Assembly (NCBI RefSeq): GCF_009914755.1
Contig: NC_060938.1
Direction: 5' to 3' (one strand)
Length of the DNA: 64,000 nt
From: the human T2T-CHM13v2.0 reference genome, Homo sapiens
This document shows, piece after piece, positions 46,787 through 59,127 of the stretch. Positions within the stretch are counted from its first letter, which is position 1, and every line of letters starts with the position of its first letter. Position numbers and translations under genes: made by a program. A model generated the notes under the pieces. The model saw only the letters and a list, made by a program, of their open reading frames with translations, was not told the DNA's origin and ran no database searches.

Positions 46787-48914
46787 AATGGCAATCATTA
46801 AAAAGGCAGGAAACAACAGGTGCTGGAGAGGATGTGGAGAAATAGGAACACTTTTACACTGTTGGTGGGACTGTAAACTAGTTCAACCATTGTGGAAGTC
46901 AGTGTGGCGATTCCTCAGGGATCTAGAACTGGAAATACCATTTGACCCAGCCATCCCATTACTGGGTATATACCCAAAGGACTATAAATCATGCTGCTAT
47001 AAAGACACATGCACACGTATGTTTATTGCGGCATTATTCACAATAGCAAAGACTTGGAACCAACCCAAATGTCCAACAATGATAGACTGGATTAAGAAAA
47101 TGTGGCACATATACACCATGGAATACTATGCAGCCATAAAAAATGATGAGTTCATGTCCTTTGTAGGGACATGGATGAAATTGGAAATCATCATTCTCAG
47201 TAAACTATCGCAAGAACAAAAAACCAAACACTGCATTTTCTCACTCATAGATGGGAATTGAACAATGAGAACACATGGACACAGGAAGGGGAATATCACA
47301 CTCTGGGGACTGTTGTGGGGTGGGGGGAGGGGGGAGGGATAGCATCGGGGGATATACCTTATGCTAGATGACGAGTTAGTGGGTGCAGCACACCAGCATG
47401 GCACATGTATACATATGTAACTAACCTGCACAATTTGCACATGTACCCTAAAACTTAAAGTATAATAAGAAAAAAGAAAAGAAAAGAAAAGAAAAAGCCA
47501 GGGTGTGCCGGCAGAGGCATGCTGCATGGGTGGAGCCCTCATGGAGATCCTCTACTAAAACAATGGAGAAAAGAAATGTGGGGTGACAGTCCCCAGGCAG
47601 GCTCCCCACTGGGTCATGGCCTAGTAGATCTATGAGGAGAGGATCACTGTCCTCCAGGCCCCGGAATGGTAGATCTAGCTACAGCCTGCACCTGGCACCT
47701 TGAAAAGCCAGGGGCACAGAATGCCAGCCCATGAGAGCAGCTGTGGGGGCTGAACCATGCAAAGTCACAAGGTAGAACCTTCCCAAGGCATTAGTGTGCC
47801 CTGGAAATGGGACACAGAGTCAAAAATAATTATTTTGGAGCCTTACAATTCAATAACTGCCCTTCTGGGTTTCAGACTTTCATGGATCCTGTGGCCCCTT
47901 TCTTTTGGCTGATTTCTTCCTTTTAGAATAGGAGTATTTACCCAATGCCTCTGCCTCATTTGTATCTTGGAAGAACTTGGTTTTTTTTTTTACTTTACAG
48001 GCTTATAGAAGGAAGAAGTTAGCTGTGTCTTAGATGAGACTTTTGACTTTTGAGTTAAGGCTGAAATTAGTTAAGACTTTGGGGATTATAGGGAAGTCAT
48101 GATTGTATTTTGAAATATGAGAAGGATATGAGATTTGGAATGGCCAGGGGCAAAATGATACAGTTTGGATGTATATTCCCACCAAAATCTTATATTGAAA
48201 TATAATCCTCAAAGTTGGAATTGGGCCTAGAGGGGAGGTGATTGAATCATGAGGGCAAGATTTCCATGAAGAGTTTGGCATCATTTCCTTTGGTGCCATT
48301 CCCACAATAGTAAGTTTTTATCAGAGCTGGTTATCTACAAGTGTGTGTAGCACTTCCCCCCTGCCCTCACACTTACCATGTGATGTGCAAGCACCGGATT
48401 TATTTTTCACCTTGTCAGTTGTCAGAGGCTTCCCCAGAAGCAGAAGCCAGTGCTATGCTTTCTGTACAGCCTGAAGAACCATGAACCAATTAAACCTATT
48501 TTCTTTATAAATTAACCAGTCACTGATTACTTTTTATAGCAATATGAGAATGGTCTAATACATCCACCAAAAACTATTAGAAGTAATAACTTGAGTAAAT
48601 TTGCAGAATACAAAATCAACATATACAAATCAGTAGGATTTCTATATGCCAACAGTCAACAAACTGAAAAAGAATTCAAAAATGTAATACTATTTGCAGT
48701 AGCCACAAATAAAACAAAATGTGTTGGAATTTACCAAAGAAAAAAAAGTTCTCAACAGTTAAAACTGTAAAACACTGATAAAAGAAATGAAAAAGGACCC
48801 AAAAATTGGAAAGATATTTTTATGTTCACAGATTGGAAGAATCAGTATTTTTAAAAAATGTCCATACAATCCATAGCAATCTATACCTTTCATGCCATCT
48901 CTATCAAAATAACA

Positions 48915-49206
48915 GGCCAGGGGCAGTGGCTCATGCCTGTAATCCCAGCACTTTGGGAGGCTGAAGTTGGTGGATCATGAGGTCAGGAGTTCAAGACCAG
49001 CCTGGCCAATTTCGTGAAAACCCACTTCTACTAAAAATACAAAAAAATTAGCCAGGCATGGTGGCAGGTGCCTGTAATCCCAGCTACTCAGGAGGCTGAG
49101 ACAAAGAATTGCTTGAACCCAGGAGGTGGAGGTTGCTGTGTGCAGGGATAACATCACTGCACTCCAGTCTAGGTGACAGAGCAAGATGCAATCTAAAAAA
49201 AAAAAG
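48915..49206 (+). mobile_element. AluS (Sg-like)
   Basis: Full-length Alu with GGATCATGAGGTCAGGAGTTCAAG and a poly(A) tail. Confidence 0.92.
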
Positions 49207-49529
49207 AAGAACACATTCCTCACAGATATAGAAAAAAAATTCTGAAATTTATATGGAAACATCACAAAACAGCATAATAGTCAAAGCTATGCTGAGTATA
49301 TAAAACAAAACTGGAGGAATTCCATTACCTGGTTTTAAATTATACTACTAAGTTATAGTAATTAAAACAGCATGACACTAGCATAAAAACAGACATAAAG
49401 ACAGATGGAAAGAAATAGAGACCTTAGAAACAAACTCATACAGCTAAATTAATTTTCAACAAAAGTGCCAAGAATATACAATAAAAAATAAGACAGTTTT
49501 TATAATAAATAGGGCTGGGAAAACTGGCA

Positions 49530-49775
49530 TTCTGTGTGAGGGACAAACATTCAGACCCTCATAGCAGTGTTCAGGAATCCCATGTGAGGGACAAACATTC
49601 AGACAACAGCAGGAGTGTTCTGGAATCCCCTGTGAGGAACAAACATTCAGACCCTCGTAGCAGTGTTCTGGAATCCTATGTGACAAACATTTAGAACCCA
49701 GCAGCATTCTGGAATCCTATGCGAGGGACAAACATTCAGACTCTCGTAGCAGTGTTCTGGAATCCTATGGGAGGA
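49530..49775. repeat. CER-type 48-bp satellite, about 5 units, alternating A/B (96-bp dimer)
   Basis: GAGGGACAAACATTCAGACCCTCGTAGCAGTGTTCTGGAATCCTATGT units starting at 49,538, 49,586, 49,634, ~49,682 (with deletions), 49,723 and 49,771. Confidence 0.88.
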
Positions 49776-50199
49776 ACAGCTAAATTAATTTTCAACAGAA
49801 GTACCAAGAACATACAATAAAAAATGAGACAGTTTTTGTAATAAATAGGGCTGGGAAAACTGGCAAGCCATAGGCAGAAGAATAAAACTAGAACCCTATT
49901 TCTTGCCACTTACAAAAATCAAATTAAAATGAATTAAAGACTTAAACCTAACGCCTCAAACCATCAAACTTTTACAACAAAACATTGGGGAAACTCTTTA
50001 GGGCATTGGTTTGGGCAAAAATTCCTTAAATAATGCCCCAGAAGCACAGACAACCCAAACAAACATGGACAAATGGGATTACAGAAAGTCAGAAAGCCTT
50101 TTTAAAGTGAAGGAAACAAGAAACATAGTGAAGAGAAAATCCACAGAATGAGAGAAAATGTTTGTAAATTATCCATCTGAAAAGCAATTAATAGCTACA

Positions 50200-50854
50200 T
50201 GATATGGTTAGGATTTGGGTCCCCACCCAAATCTCATATTGAATTGTAATCCCCAGATGTTCAGGGAGAGACTTGGTAGAAGGTGATTGGATCATGGGGG
50301 TGGTTTCCCCCATGCTGTTCTTCTGATAATGAGATCTGATGGTTTTATAAGGGACTCTTCCCCCTTTCCTTCACATACATGTTCTCTCGCCTGCTGTCAT
50401 GTAAGAGGTGCCTGCTTCCCCATCTGCCATTATTGTAAGTTTCCTGAGGCCTCCCCGGCCATATGGAACTGTGAGTCAATTAAACCCATTTCCTTTATAA
50501 ATTACCCAGTCTTGCCAGGTGTGGTGGCTCATGCCTGTAATCTCACCACTTTGGGAGGCTGAGGCGGGTGGATAACTAGGCCAGGAGTTCAAGACCAGCC
50601 TGGCCAAGATGGTGAAACCCCGTCTCCACTAAAAATACAAAAATTAGCCAGGCATGGTGTCAGGTGCCTGTAATCTCAGCTACTCAGGAGGCTGAGGCAG
50701 AGAATTGTTTGAATCAGGAGGTGGAGGTTGCAGTGAGCCGAGATTACACCACTGCACTTCAGCCTGGGCAACAGACCAAGACTTCATCACAGTAAATAAA
50801 TAGATAACACAGTCTCAGGTATTTTTTATAGCAGTGCAGAAACAGACTAATACA
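50200..50854 (+). mobile_element. MSTA/THE1-type MaLR solo LTR interrupted by an Alu
   Basis: TGATATGG...CTAATACA termini and 5-bp TSD CTACA. Confidence 0.9.
50513..50800 (+). mobile_element. AluS inside the MaLR LTR
   Basis: Dimeric Alu with degenerate TSD ...ACCCAGTCT / ...ACACAGTCT. Confidence 0.92.
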
Positions 50855-51924
50855 CTACAATATATTGAGTTCAAGAAATTCTATAGAAAAAAGTAGTAAA
50901 TAAAGAGTGGACAAAAAATTTAAATAGACATTTATGAAAAGAAGACATACAAATGTGAAACAGGCAAATGAATAGGTGCTCCACATTACTGATCATCATA
51001 GAAATGCAAATCAAACCCAAAATGAGATATCATTTCACCCCAGTTAAGATGGCTTTTATCCAGAAGTCCGTGAAAAACAAATGCTGGTGAGTATATGGAG
51101 TGAAGGGAACCCTTGTACACTGCTGTTGGGAGCACGTTTAAGGACAGTTTGGATGTTCCCGATATAACTAAAAATAGAGCTACTATGTGGTCCAGCAATC
51201 CCACTGCACAGTATATGCCTACAAGAAATAAAATTGGTAAATCAAAGACCTATTGGCACTCTCATGTTTGCTACAGCAGGGTTTATAATAGCCAAGATTT
51301 GGAAGGAACCTAAATGTCCATCAACAGATGACTGGATAGAAAAAATGTGGTACATATACACAATGGAGTACTATTCAGCTGTAAGAAAGAATGAGACGCC
51401 TGCCATTTGCAATAACATAAATGGAACTGAAAGTCATTATGTTTGTGAAAGTCTTTATGTTTATGAAAGTGAAATGTCAGGCACAGTAAGACAAATGTCA
51501 CATGTTCTCACTTATTTGTGGGTGCTAAAATTCAAAACAACTGGTGTCATAGAGATAGAGAGTGTAAGGATGGTTACCAGAGACTGGGAAGGGCAGGGAG
51601 GGAACAAGGGGATAGTGGGGATGTTAAATGGGTAAAAAAAAACTATTGTTAGAAAGAATGAATAAGACAGCATTTGAAAGCACAACAGGGGGATTATAGT
51701 CAAAAATAATTTAATTCCACATGTAAAAAAATGAAAAGAGTATAATTGGATTGTTTATAACACAAGCTATAAATGTTTGAGGGGACAGATACCCCATTTT
51801 TTATTATGTATTACTCATTGCATGACTGCATCAAAGTATGTTATGTACCCCCATAAATATATACACCAACTATGTACCCACAAAAATAAATTAAAAATTG
51901 AAATTTAAATTAAAATTAAAACCA

Positions 51925-52058
51925 AAAGGAGGAGAGTATAATGAGACATGTGTGACCCATGGCTTGAGCTAGCTTTTCAGGTTAACTTTGGAATGTCCTT
52001 ATCCAAGAAGAGAGGTGCATTTAGTCAACAGGGGTTTAGAAATTTATTTTTAGCCTAT
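51925..52058 (-). mobile_element. ERV1 (MER4-group) LTR fragment
   Basis: TTTTCAGGTTAACTTTGGAATGTCC...GGGGTTTAGAAATTTATTTTTAG resembles MER4/MER51-group LTR ends. Confidence 0.55.
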
Positions 52059-52382
52059 AAATGAAAAAAAGAAGGATTTTTAATCCTGAGCCATAGTTCT
52101 CAGTCAATCAATCCCTGCAAAGAACCCTGTTCTTTACTCTGGAGATAAACATTAGTTTTCTTTTCCATGGAATAACACCACATTTCAAAATGAGGGGAAA
52201 CATCTTGAAACTAAGAGGTAGAGCCTTATTCAATTTGATTTGGTTTCCATTGTAATTAATTTAATCACATGTGTTCTAGAGTTTGTCCTCAGTCTTCCCC
52301 TAGTTTAGGCCCATGATCTGTTGAACTTGCTCAGCTCCCTGCTCAACAGCAGGAAATCAGAATTATTTAAAAACCTCATTGT

Positions 52383-52691
52383 GGCTGGGAGTGGTGGCTC
52401 ATGCCTGTAATCCTAGCAATTTGGGAGGCCAAGGTGGGCAGATCGCTTGTTGTCAGGGGTTTGAGACCAGCCTGGTCAACAGAGTGAAACCCTATCTCTA
52501 CTAAAGATACAAATATTAGCTGGGTGTGGTGATTCATGCCTGTAATCCCAGCTACTTGGGAGGCTGAGGCAGGAGAATTGCTTGAACCCGGGAGGCGCAG
52601 GTTTCAGTGAGCCAAGATGCTGCACTGCACTCCAGCCTGGGCAACAGAGCAAGACTCTGTCTCAAAATGATAATAATAATAATAATAATAA
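52383..52691 (+). mobile_element. AluS with (AAT)n tail
   Basis: Full-length Alu consensus match. Confidence 0.93.
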
Positions 52692-54778
52692 GTAAAAATG
52701 AAAATCTCATTTTGTTTCAAACAAAATTTCTTTTGAATATCAACTGCATCAACTTGCATATTAACTGTAATCATTTTGTTTACTTTATATCCAATCTGGA
52801 GAAATCTTTGAGGACTAATTTCACTCTTTTCTGCCATTTTGGTAAACATACCAAATGCCATCAAACAAAATGCATAAAATTCCTGAGAAATACATTTTCT
52901 CCTTGAGGAGTAGACTTGCTCTGTTAGAGGAACTCATGGTTACCTAGCTTCTAGTTTAATAAACATGACTAGAATATTCTATCTTAATATGAGTAGCTAG
53001 GTACTCACAAGGCATCTAGAAGGTTAGTGTTCGTGGTCTGAAAATAGTCACATTTTTTACTTGGCCACAAATTACAATTGCAGAATATTTGTGGTCATAC
53101 AAGACATCTTCCACCAAGCCTGAAAAAATGTATAAATGTCCTAGGAGTGCAGCATATTTTTGTAAGGATATAATTAATGAGGTAGCTTAGGTCAATAGGT
53201 TAATGGTTATTGTTAAAACCAGTAGCCCCAACTTTAGTGACTACATCTGCACCTTCCAAGTTTATTTATAACTCTTTCTCTTTATAGTTATTTATAAGTA
53301 GAGACACTAACAAAAGACAATGCATTCCTCCTCTTGTTTTCTGAGGATGTCCAACTCTGTAATGGAGTAATTTCTCATAAACTTGCTTCTTTCACTGTGC
53401 TCTCTGACTCACCTCAAATTTTTTCCTGCACAAGATCTAAGAATCCTACTTTGTGGTCTGTATCAGGACCCTCTTTTTAGCAACATCTTTCAGCAACACC
53501 ATGAACGGACACCAAGACAAGACCCCCACTCCAAAGAAAAAAATCCACACAGAATCAATCAGCTGACACCTGGCAAGTGGGCTTAGAGGTCAAGCCCACA
53601 GGGTTAGAGGCCCTGGAAATATTGAGAAGAATGGATTTGGCTAAACAAGATATTTGCCACTTTCTCTTTTTGGGCTGTCCACCTTGTGCTCTCTGTCCCT
53701 CACCTGAGTGCTCTACATATTGTCACCTTTCTGCTCACCGCCTCGGTTTTGTAGTAGCCTGGAGGCTGCCCAAGGACAGAGGCCACAAACAGTTTAGCTT
53801 TTACTTTCCTCATCGATCCTCTGACTCTTAACTGACTGCTTGGTTAATTTGCCACTGGTCCAAGTGACACTGAAAAAAAGAATTGTCTTCTAACCTAGTA
53901 TTTTTTTTACCGTAATTATCAGAAAAGATCAGCAGTAACCTTGCCATCATTATGACTAGAAGTTGAAATGTGGTATTTAAGAGCTCTACATGATAAGATC
54001 AGATATGCCTGTTTAGTGACAGCCTCTTCTATGACAACCCTTTGCAAACAATTACCCTCAAGATGGAGAACATGAGGGTTTTCTTAACAGTTTTCTCTCA
54101 TTTCTTAACCATAACGCCATCTTTGATCAGCTGGTATAGGGCAGCTGGACCCTACTTTCTAAACCCAGCATGTCACTTTTTTCCTGAGAGAGTTTTGTTA
54201 GTTTTGTCATAGCAGTGTGAAAATGGACTAATACATTACAATATACAAGCTACAGCCTTCCTATTTCCCCTGTTTGATCTGACTCCTATTTTGCAGCTTA
54301 ATTTGTTTTATAGAAGAGAAACTAAGAGGGAGAAAATGCATTATATACAGGCTTCTCTGATGCTTGGTCAGGATAAAAAATTAAAATGGGCTTCCATATG
54401 TTTGATGGAGGAAAAGACAAAATAGGAACAGCACGTAATTTATTACCCTTTTAATGCAAGTACCTCTTAATATTAGGCTTTTCTTAGCTGGGGCTGAACT
54501 CCCCCTGCCAGTCCAAGCACCCCATAAGAACACAGTCAGACTCCTTCCAGTTCTGGTGAGGTGTGCAACATGTTATTAATTTCTTCTAGTTTTCCAGGGC
54601 TATCTAGTGTCCGGTCATCATCTCCTCCCTGCCCTTCGATTCCTGTCTTATGTACATACCCCACTCTCGAAACACCCGAGCTTCACCAGAACAACATGCA
54701 GTGGGGCCTCTTATCAGCTGGCAAAGTTGAATATTTGCCCTCTCTGGGAAGTGACAGATGATAATAGGGACACTATAT

Positions 54779-55738
54779 TGAAGGGGTGGCCTGTCCCTCC
54801 ACACCTGTGGGCGTTTCTCATCAGGTGGAACAAGAGACTTGTGAAAAGAGTCTCAGAGACAAAGTATAGAGAAAAAGTGGGCCCAGGGCATTGGCGCTCA
54901 GCATATGGAGGACCCGCAGCGGCACCAGTCTCTGAGTTTCCTTAGTATTTATTGATCATTATCGGGCATTTCTCGGAGAGAGGGACGTGGCAGGACTATG
55001 GGGTAATAGTGGAGAGAGGGTCAGCAGGAAAACGTGTGAACAAATGTCTCTGCATCGTAAAAAAGGTAAAGAAAAAAGTGTTGTCCTTTTGATGTGCATA
55101 TACATAAACATCTCAATGCCTTAAAAAGCAGTATTGCCTCCAGCATGTCTCACCTCCAGCCCTAAGGCGGTTTACTCCTATCTCAGTAGATGGAATATAC
55201 AATCGGGTTTTACACTGAGACATTCCATTGCCCAGGGACAAGCAGGAGACAGATGGCTTTGTCTTATATCAACTGCAAAGAGGCCTTCCTCTTTTACTAA
55301 TCCTCCTCAGCGCAGACCATTTACAGGTGTCGGGCTGGCGGATGGTCAGGTCCTTCCCTTCCCACGAGGCCGTATTTCAGAATATCACATGGGGAGAAAC
55401 CTTGGACAATACCTGGCTTTCCTAGGCAGAGGTCCCTGTGGCCTTCCGCACTGTTTTGTGTCCCTGGGTACTTGAGAGTAAGGAGTGGTGATGACTTTTA
55501 ACAATCATGCTGTCTTCAAGCATTTGTTTAACAAAGCACATCCTGCATATCCCTAAATCCATTAAACCTTGAGTCGACACAGCACATGTTTCTGTGAGCA
55601 CAGGGTTGGGGGTAGGTTTACAGATTAACAGTATCTCAAGGCAGAAGAATTTTTCTTAGTACAGAACAAAATGGAGCGTCTTATGTCTACTTCTTTCTAC
55701 ATAGAAAAAGTAACAGTCTGATCTCTCTTTTCCCCACA
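54779..55738 (-). mobile_element. HERV-K(HML-2) solo LTR, LTR5A/5B-like
   Basis: Reverse complement begins TGTGGGGAAAAGAGAGATCAGACTGTTAC...AGAAAGAAGTAGACATAAG and ends GGCCACCCCTTCA. Length 960 bp with perfect 6-bp TSD CTATAT. Confidence 0.93.
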
Positions 55739-58479
55739 CTATATAGGTATATGTACCCTTTTCTACGTCTGAATTAGCCATATGTAAGGAAAAAATAAAA
55801 CAGTTTTCAGAGGTTCCGGGAAAATTCATAGACAAATTTAAGAGGCTAACCTTGATGTATGATCTGACCAGGCAGGATTTGCATATATTTATGTTTACCT
55901 GCTGCATGGTATAAACAGTGCATTACGGGAGTGGCTAGAGCACATGCTAATAGGGTGGCAGCCTGCAACAAGGGGCAAGACACCTATCAAATAGGAGGCA
56001 TAGCAGTGCCTGACTAGGACCCAAAAGAACTAGAATCTAGAAAAGACAAATGAATTAAGAAGAAAGTGTGATATAGAGAGAAAAAATTATGATCATTTGA
56101 CTCCTTGAATGAATAAAAAAGTGTGATAAAGCTTTTTAATTTTTATAAAGTCTGGAAAATTACTCAGGGAAAAGATGAAAACCTAGCCCTATTACAAGGG
56201 TGGATAATTTAGACCTTGAGGAAATACACTAACACTGACCCTGACTCCAAGAAGGGACAAGCATTGCTAGGAGTTTATTTTATAGCCCAGTCTGCTTCTG
56301 ATATCTATAGGAAGCCACCAAAAGCAGCCTTAGGCTTCCAGACTCCCATGGATCAGATTTTAGACTTGGATTTTGCAGTTTTCCATCACAGGAATTCGGC
56401 AGAGAAAACATAAAATAAAGCAAATCTTCCAAGAGGCCCAGCTTCTAGCTGCAGCCTTGTGCTCTCCACCACTTCAGAGGCAGCCCCTTAACCCCTGGCC
56501 CTCACAGAGGAAGTGAGAAGGTGAAAGTCCCAGTCTGTGCCTCTGGGCCACCGTGCCTTGGATATAAATCAATGTGCCTTCTGTAGGAAGGTCAGCCACT
56601 GCCGAAGGAAATGCACTGTGCTTCCAAGGGAGCCATCATCAGAGCCCAGCAGAATCAAAAGTGGCAGGGCCTGATACTTCCTACCTCTGCTCCCATTGGA
56701 CTATTAGCTATCGAGAGATGGAGGAGCCTCAGGTGACTCTTGAAGTAGTAGGTAGGAGTATTAACTTCGTATTAGGTGTGGGAGCAGATTACTCTGTCCT
56801 GATTCAATACAATGGGCTCCTGTCTTCTCATGATGGACAAGCCCCAAAACACTCCTTTTTGTATCTTCTAAGTTGTCCTCCAGAGCCTCTAGCTATCTTG
56901 CCTGCCTTTTTAGTACTGTCTGATTGCCTGACCTCTTACTGGGGAGAGGCTTATTGACTCAGGAGACCAAGTCATGGTCAACTTCACAGATCATAAAGCA
57001 TAGAAAGTGTTACTTTTGTTCCTGACCCCTCAGGGGAAAAAAGAAGTTAAGAATGAGCTGTCACATTTACCACCTGAGATGTTGTCTCAAGTAAATCTTG
57101 AGGTTTGGTCCACACAGGCTCTGGGAAACCACTAAACACCTCCCCCATTCAAATCCAACTTCATCCTAGTGCTCCTCGCCCTCAGAAGAGACAATACATT
57201 TTAAGGCAAGAAGCATGAGGGGAAATTCAACCCCTTATTGCCAAATTCTTGCCATATGAGTTATTAAGGCCATGAGAGTCTCCTTACAATACTCGCATGT
57301 TACCAGATAAAAAGCCTAATGGCAAGTACAGATTTGTCAGAACCCTTAGAGCATTAAGAAATGCAGTTGTCTCCGTACACCTCATTGTCCCAAATACTTA
57401 CCAAGTCCCAGGGGATGCAAGCTGGTTTACATTCTTATATCTGAAAGATGCACTTTTCTGGATCTCAATGCATCCAGATTCATAATATGTTTGCCTTTGA
57501 ATGGAATGATCCAGATACGCATTCAGCCTCAAAACTAACCTGGACAGTCATCTCTGAAGGGTTCTGGGATAGACCCCGCTTATATGAAAATGCTCTAGTT
57601 AAGGACTTAACAAATCTACAATTGGAAAGGGACACAATTATTCAGTACGTAGGTGACTTGCTCATTGCTAGCCCAACTAAAGAAGACTCATAATAATACT
57701 GTTAAGTTGGTAAATTTCCTGGGAACTTGCAGATATAGGGCATCACCACACAGGGCTCAGATTTTGACTGAAAGACTTAAATATTTGGAATCTGTCTTAA
57801 CCTCTGGAACTGATCAACATCCCTAGAGATAAGAAAGTTATTTTAGTCACCCAAGGGTCCCTGTACAAAAAATGACTGTGGGCTTTTTTAGGAGATGGCT
57901 GGGTACTGCTGCTTATGGGTGCCCAGATTTGGGCATGTAGCCAAGCCTTTATATGATACATTAAAGGGAAAGATTTAGAGCTCCTAGAATGTAATGAGAA
58001 CTGCAAGCAAACCTTCAATACTCTCAAGGAGAAATTGGGCTCTGCTGCAGAAGTGGGAGTCCCCAAGTTGGATGAACCATTTTTTCTTTATGTGACCAAA
58101 AATCAAGGCATAGGCCTTGGGTAATCTTGTCCCAAAACGGGGGGACATTCCAAGGCCAGTAGCCTAATTTTCTAAGCAGATAGACCAGGTGGCCTCAGGG
58201 TGGCCTTGATGTCTTAGAGCTATTGCTGCTACCAGTTTTCTAGCAGACAAAGCTAATAAACTAACATTAGAAGAGCACCTACAGGTTTTTGACCCCACAC
58301 CAAGGGAAGGTGGTCCTAGAAGCTAAAGGGCAGGAGTGGATAATAGGAGAACATTTATGAAAGTATCAGGCCTTATTGCTGGACCCTCCAGACATAATCC
58401 TTAAAGCCTGCCAAACCATAAACCCAGCTGCTTATCTGCCAGAGTCCACAGGTACTTCTAGCCTTTCTGGCATACAGGT

Positions 58480-59127
58480 TGTATTAGTCTGTTCTCATGC
58501 TGCTAATAAAGACATATCTGAGGCTGGGTAATTTATAAAGAAAAGAGGTTTAATTGACTCACATTTCCACGTGGTCGGGGAGGCCTCACACTCATTGCAG
58601 AAGGCAAATGAGGAACAAAGTCACATCTCTGACATGGCAGCAGGCAAAAGGGCTTGTGTAGGGAAACTCCCCTTTATAAAACCATCAGCTGTAATCCCAG
58701 CACTTTGGGAGGCCAAGGCAGTGGATGAGCTGAGGTGAGGAGATCGAGGACACCCTGGCCAACATGGTGAAACCCCATCTATACTAAAAGTACAAAAATT
58801 AGACAGGCATGGTGGTAGGCACCTCTAATCCCAGCTACTCAGGATGCTGAGACAGGAGAATCGCTTGAACCCAGGAGTCAGAAGTTGCAGTGAGCCAAGA
58901 TCACGTAAATGCACTCCAGCCTGAGCAACAGAGCAAGACTATGTCTCAAAAATAAATAAATAAACCATTAGATCTCATGAGGCTTTTTCACTGTCACAAG
59001 AACAGCATGAGAAAGACCCATCCCCCGATTCGATTACTTCCCACTGGGTCCCTCCCACGATATATAGGAATTATGGGAGCTAAAATTCAAGATAAGATTT
59101 GACTGGGGACAGAGCCGAAGCATGTCA
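58480..59127 (-). mobile_element. THE1-type MaLR solo LTR inserted in ERV pol, interrupted by an Alu
   Basis: TGTATTAGTCTGTTCTCATGCTGCTAATAAAGACATA...CATGTCA with TSD CAGGT/TAGGT. Confidence 0.9.
58689..58960 (+). mobile_element. AluS, 5'-truncated by about 22 nt
   Basis: Starts at CTGTAATCCCAGC. TSD AAACCATCAG/AAACCATTAG. Confidence 0.9.

Noticed and set aside
49530-49775. CRISPR-like regularly spaced repeats
   Set aside because: The DNA is eukaryotic and the units are contiguous tandem satellite with no unique spacers or cas genes.
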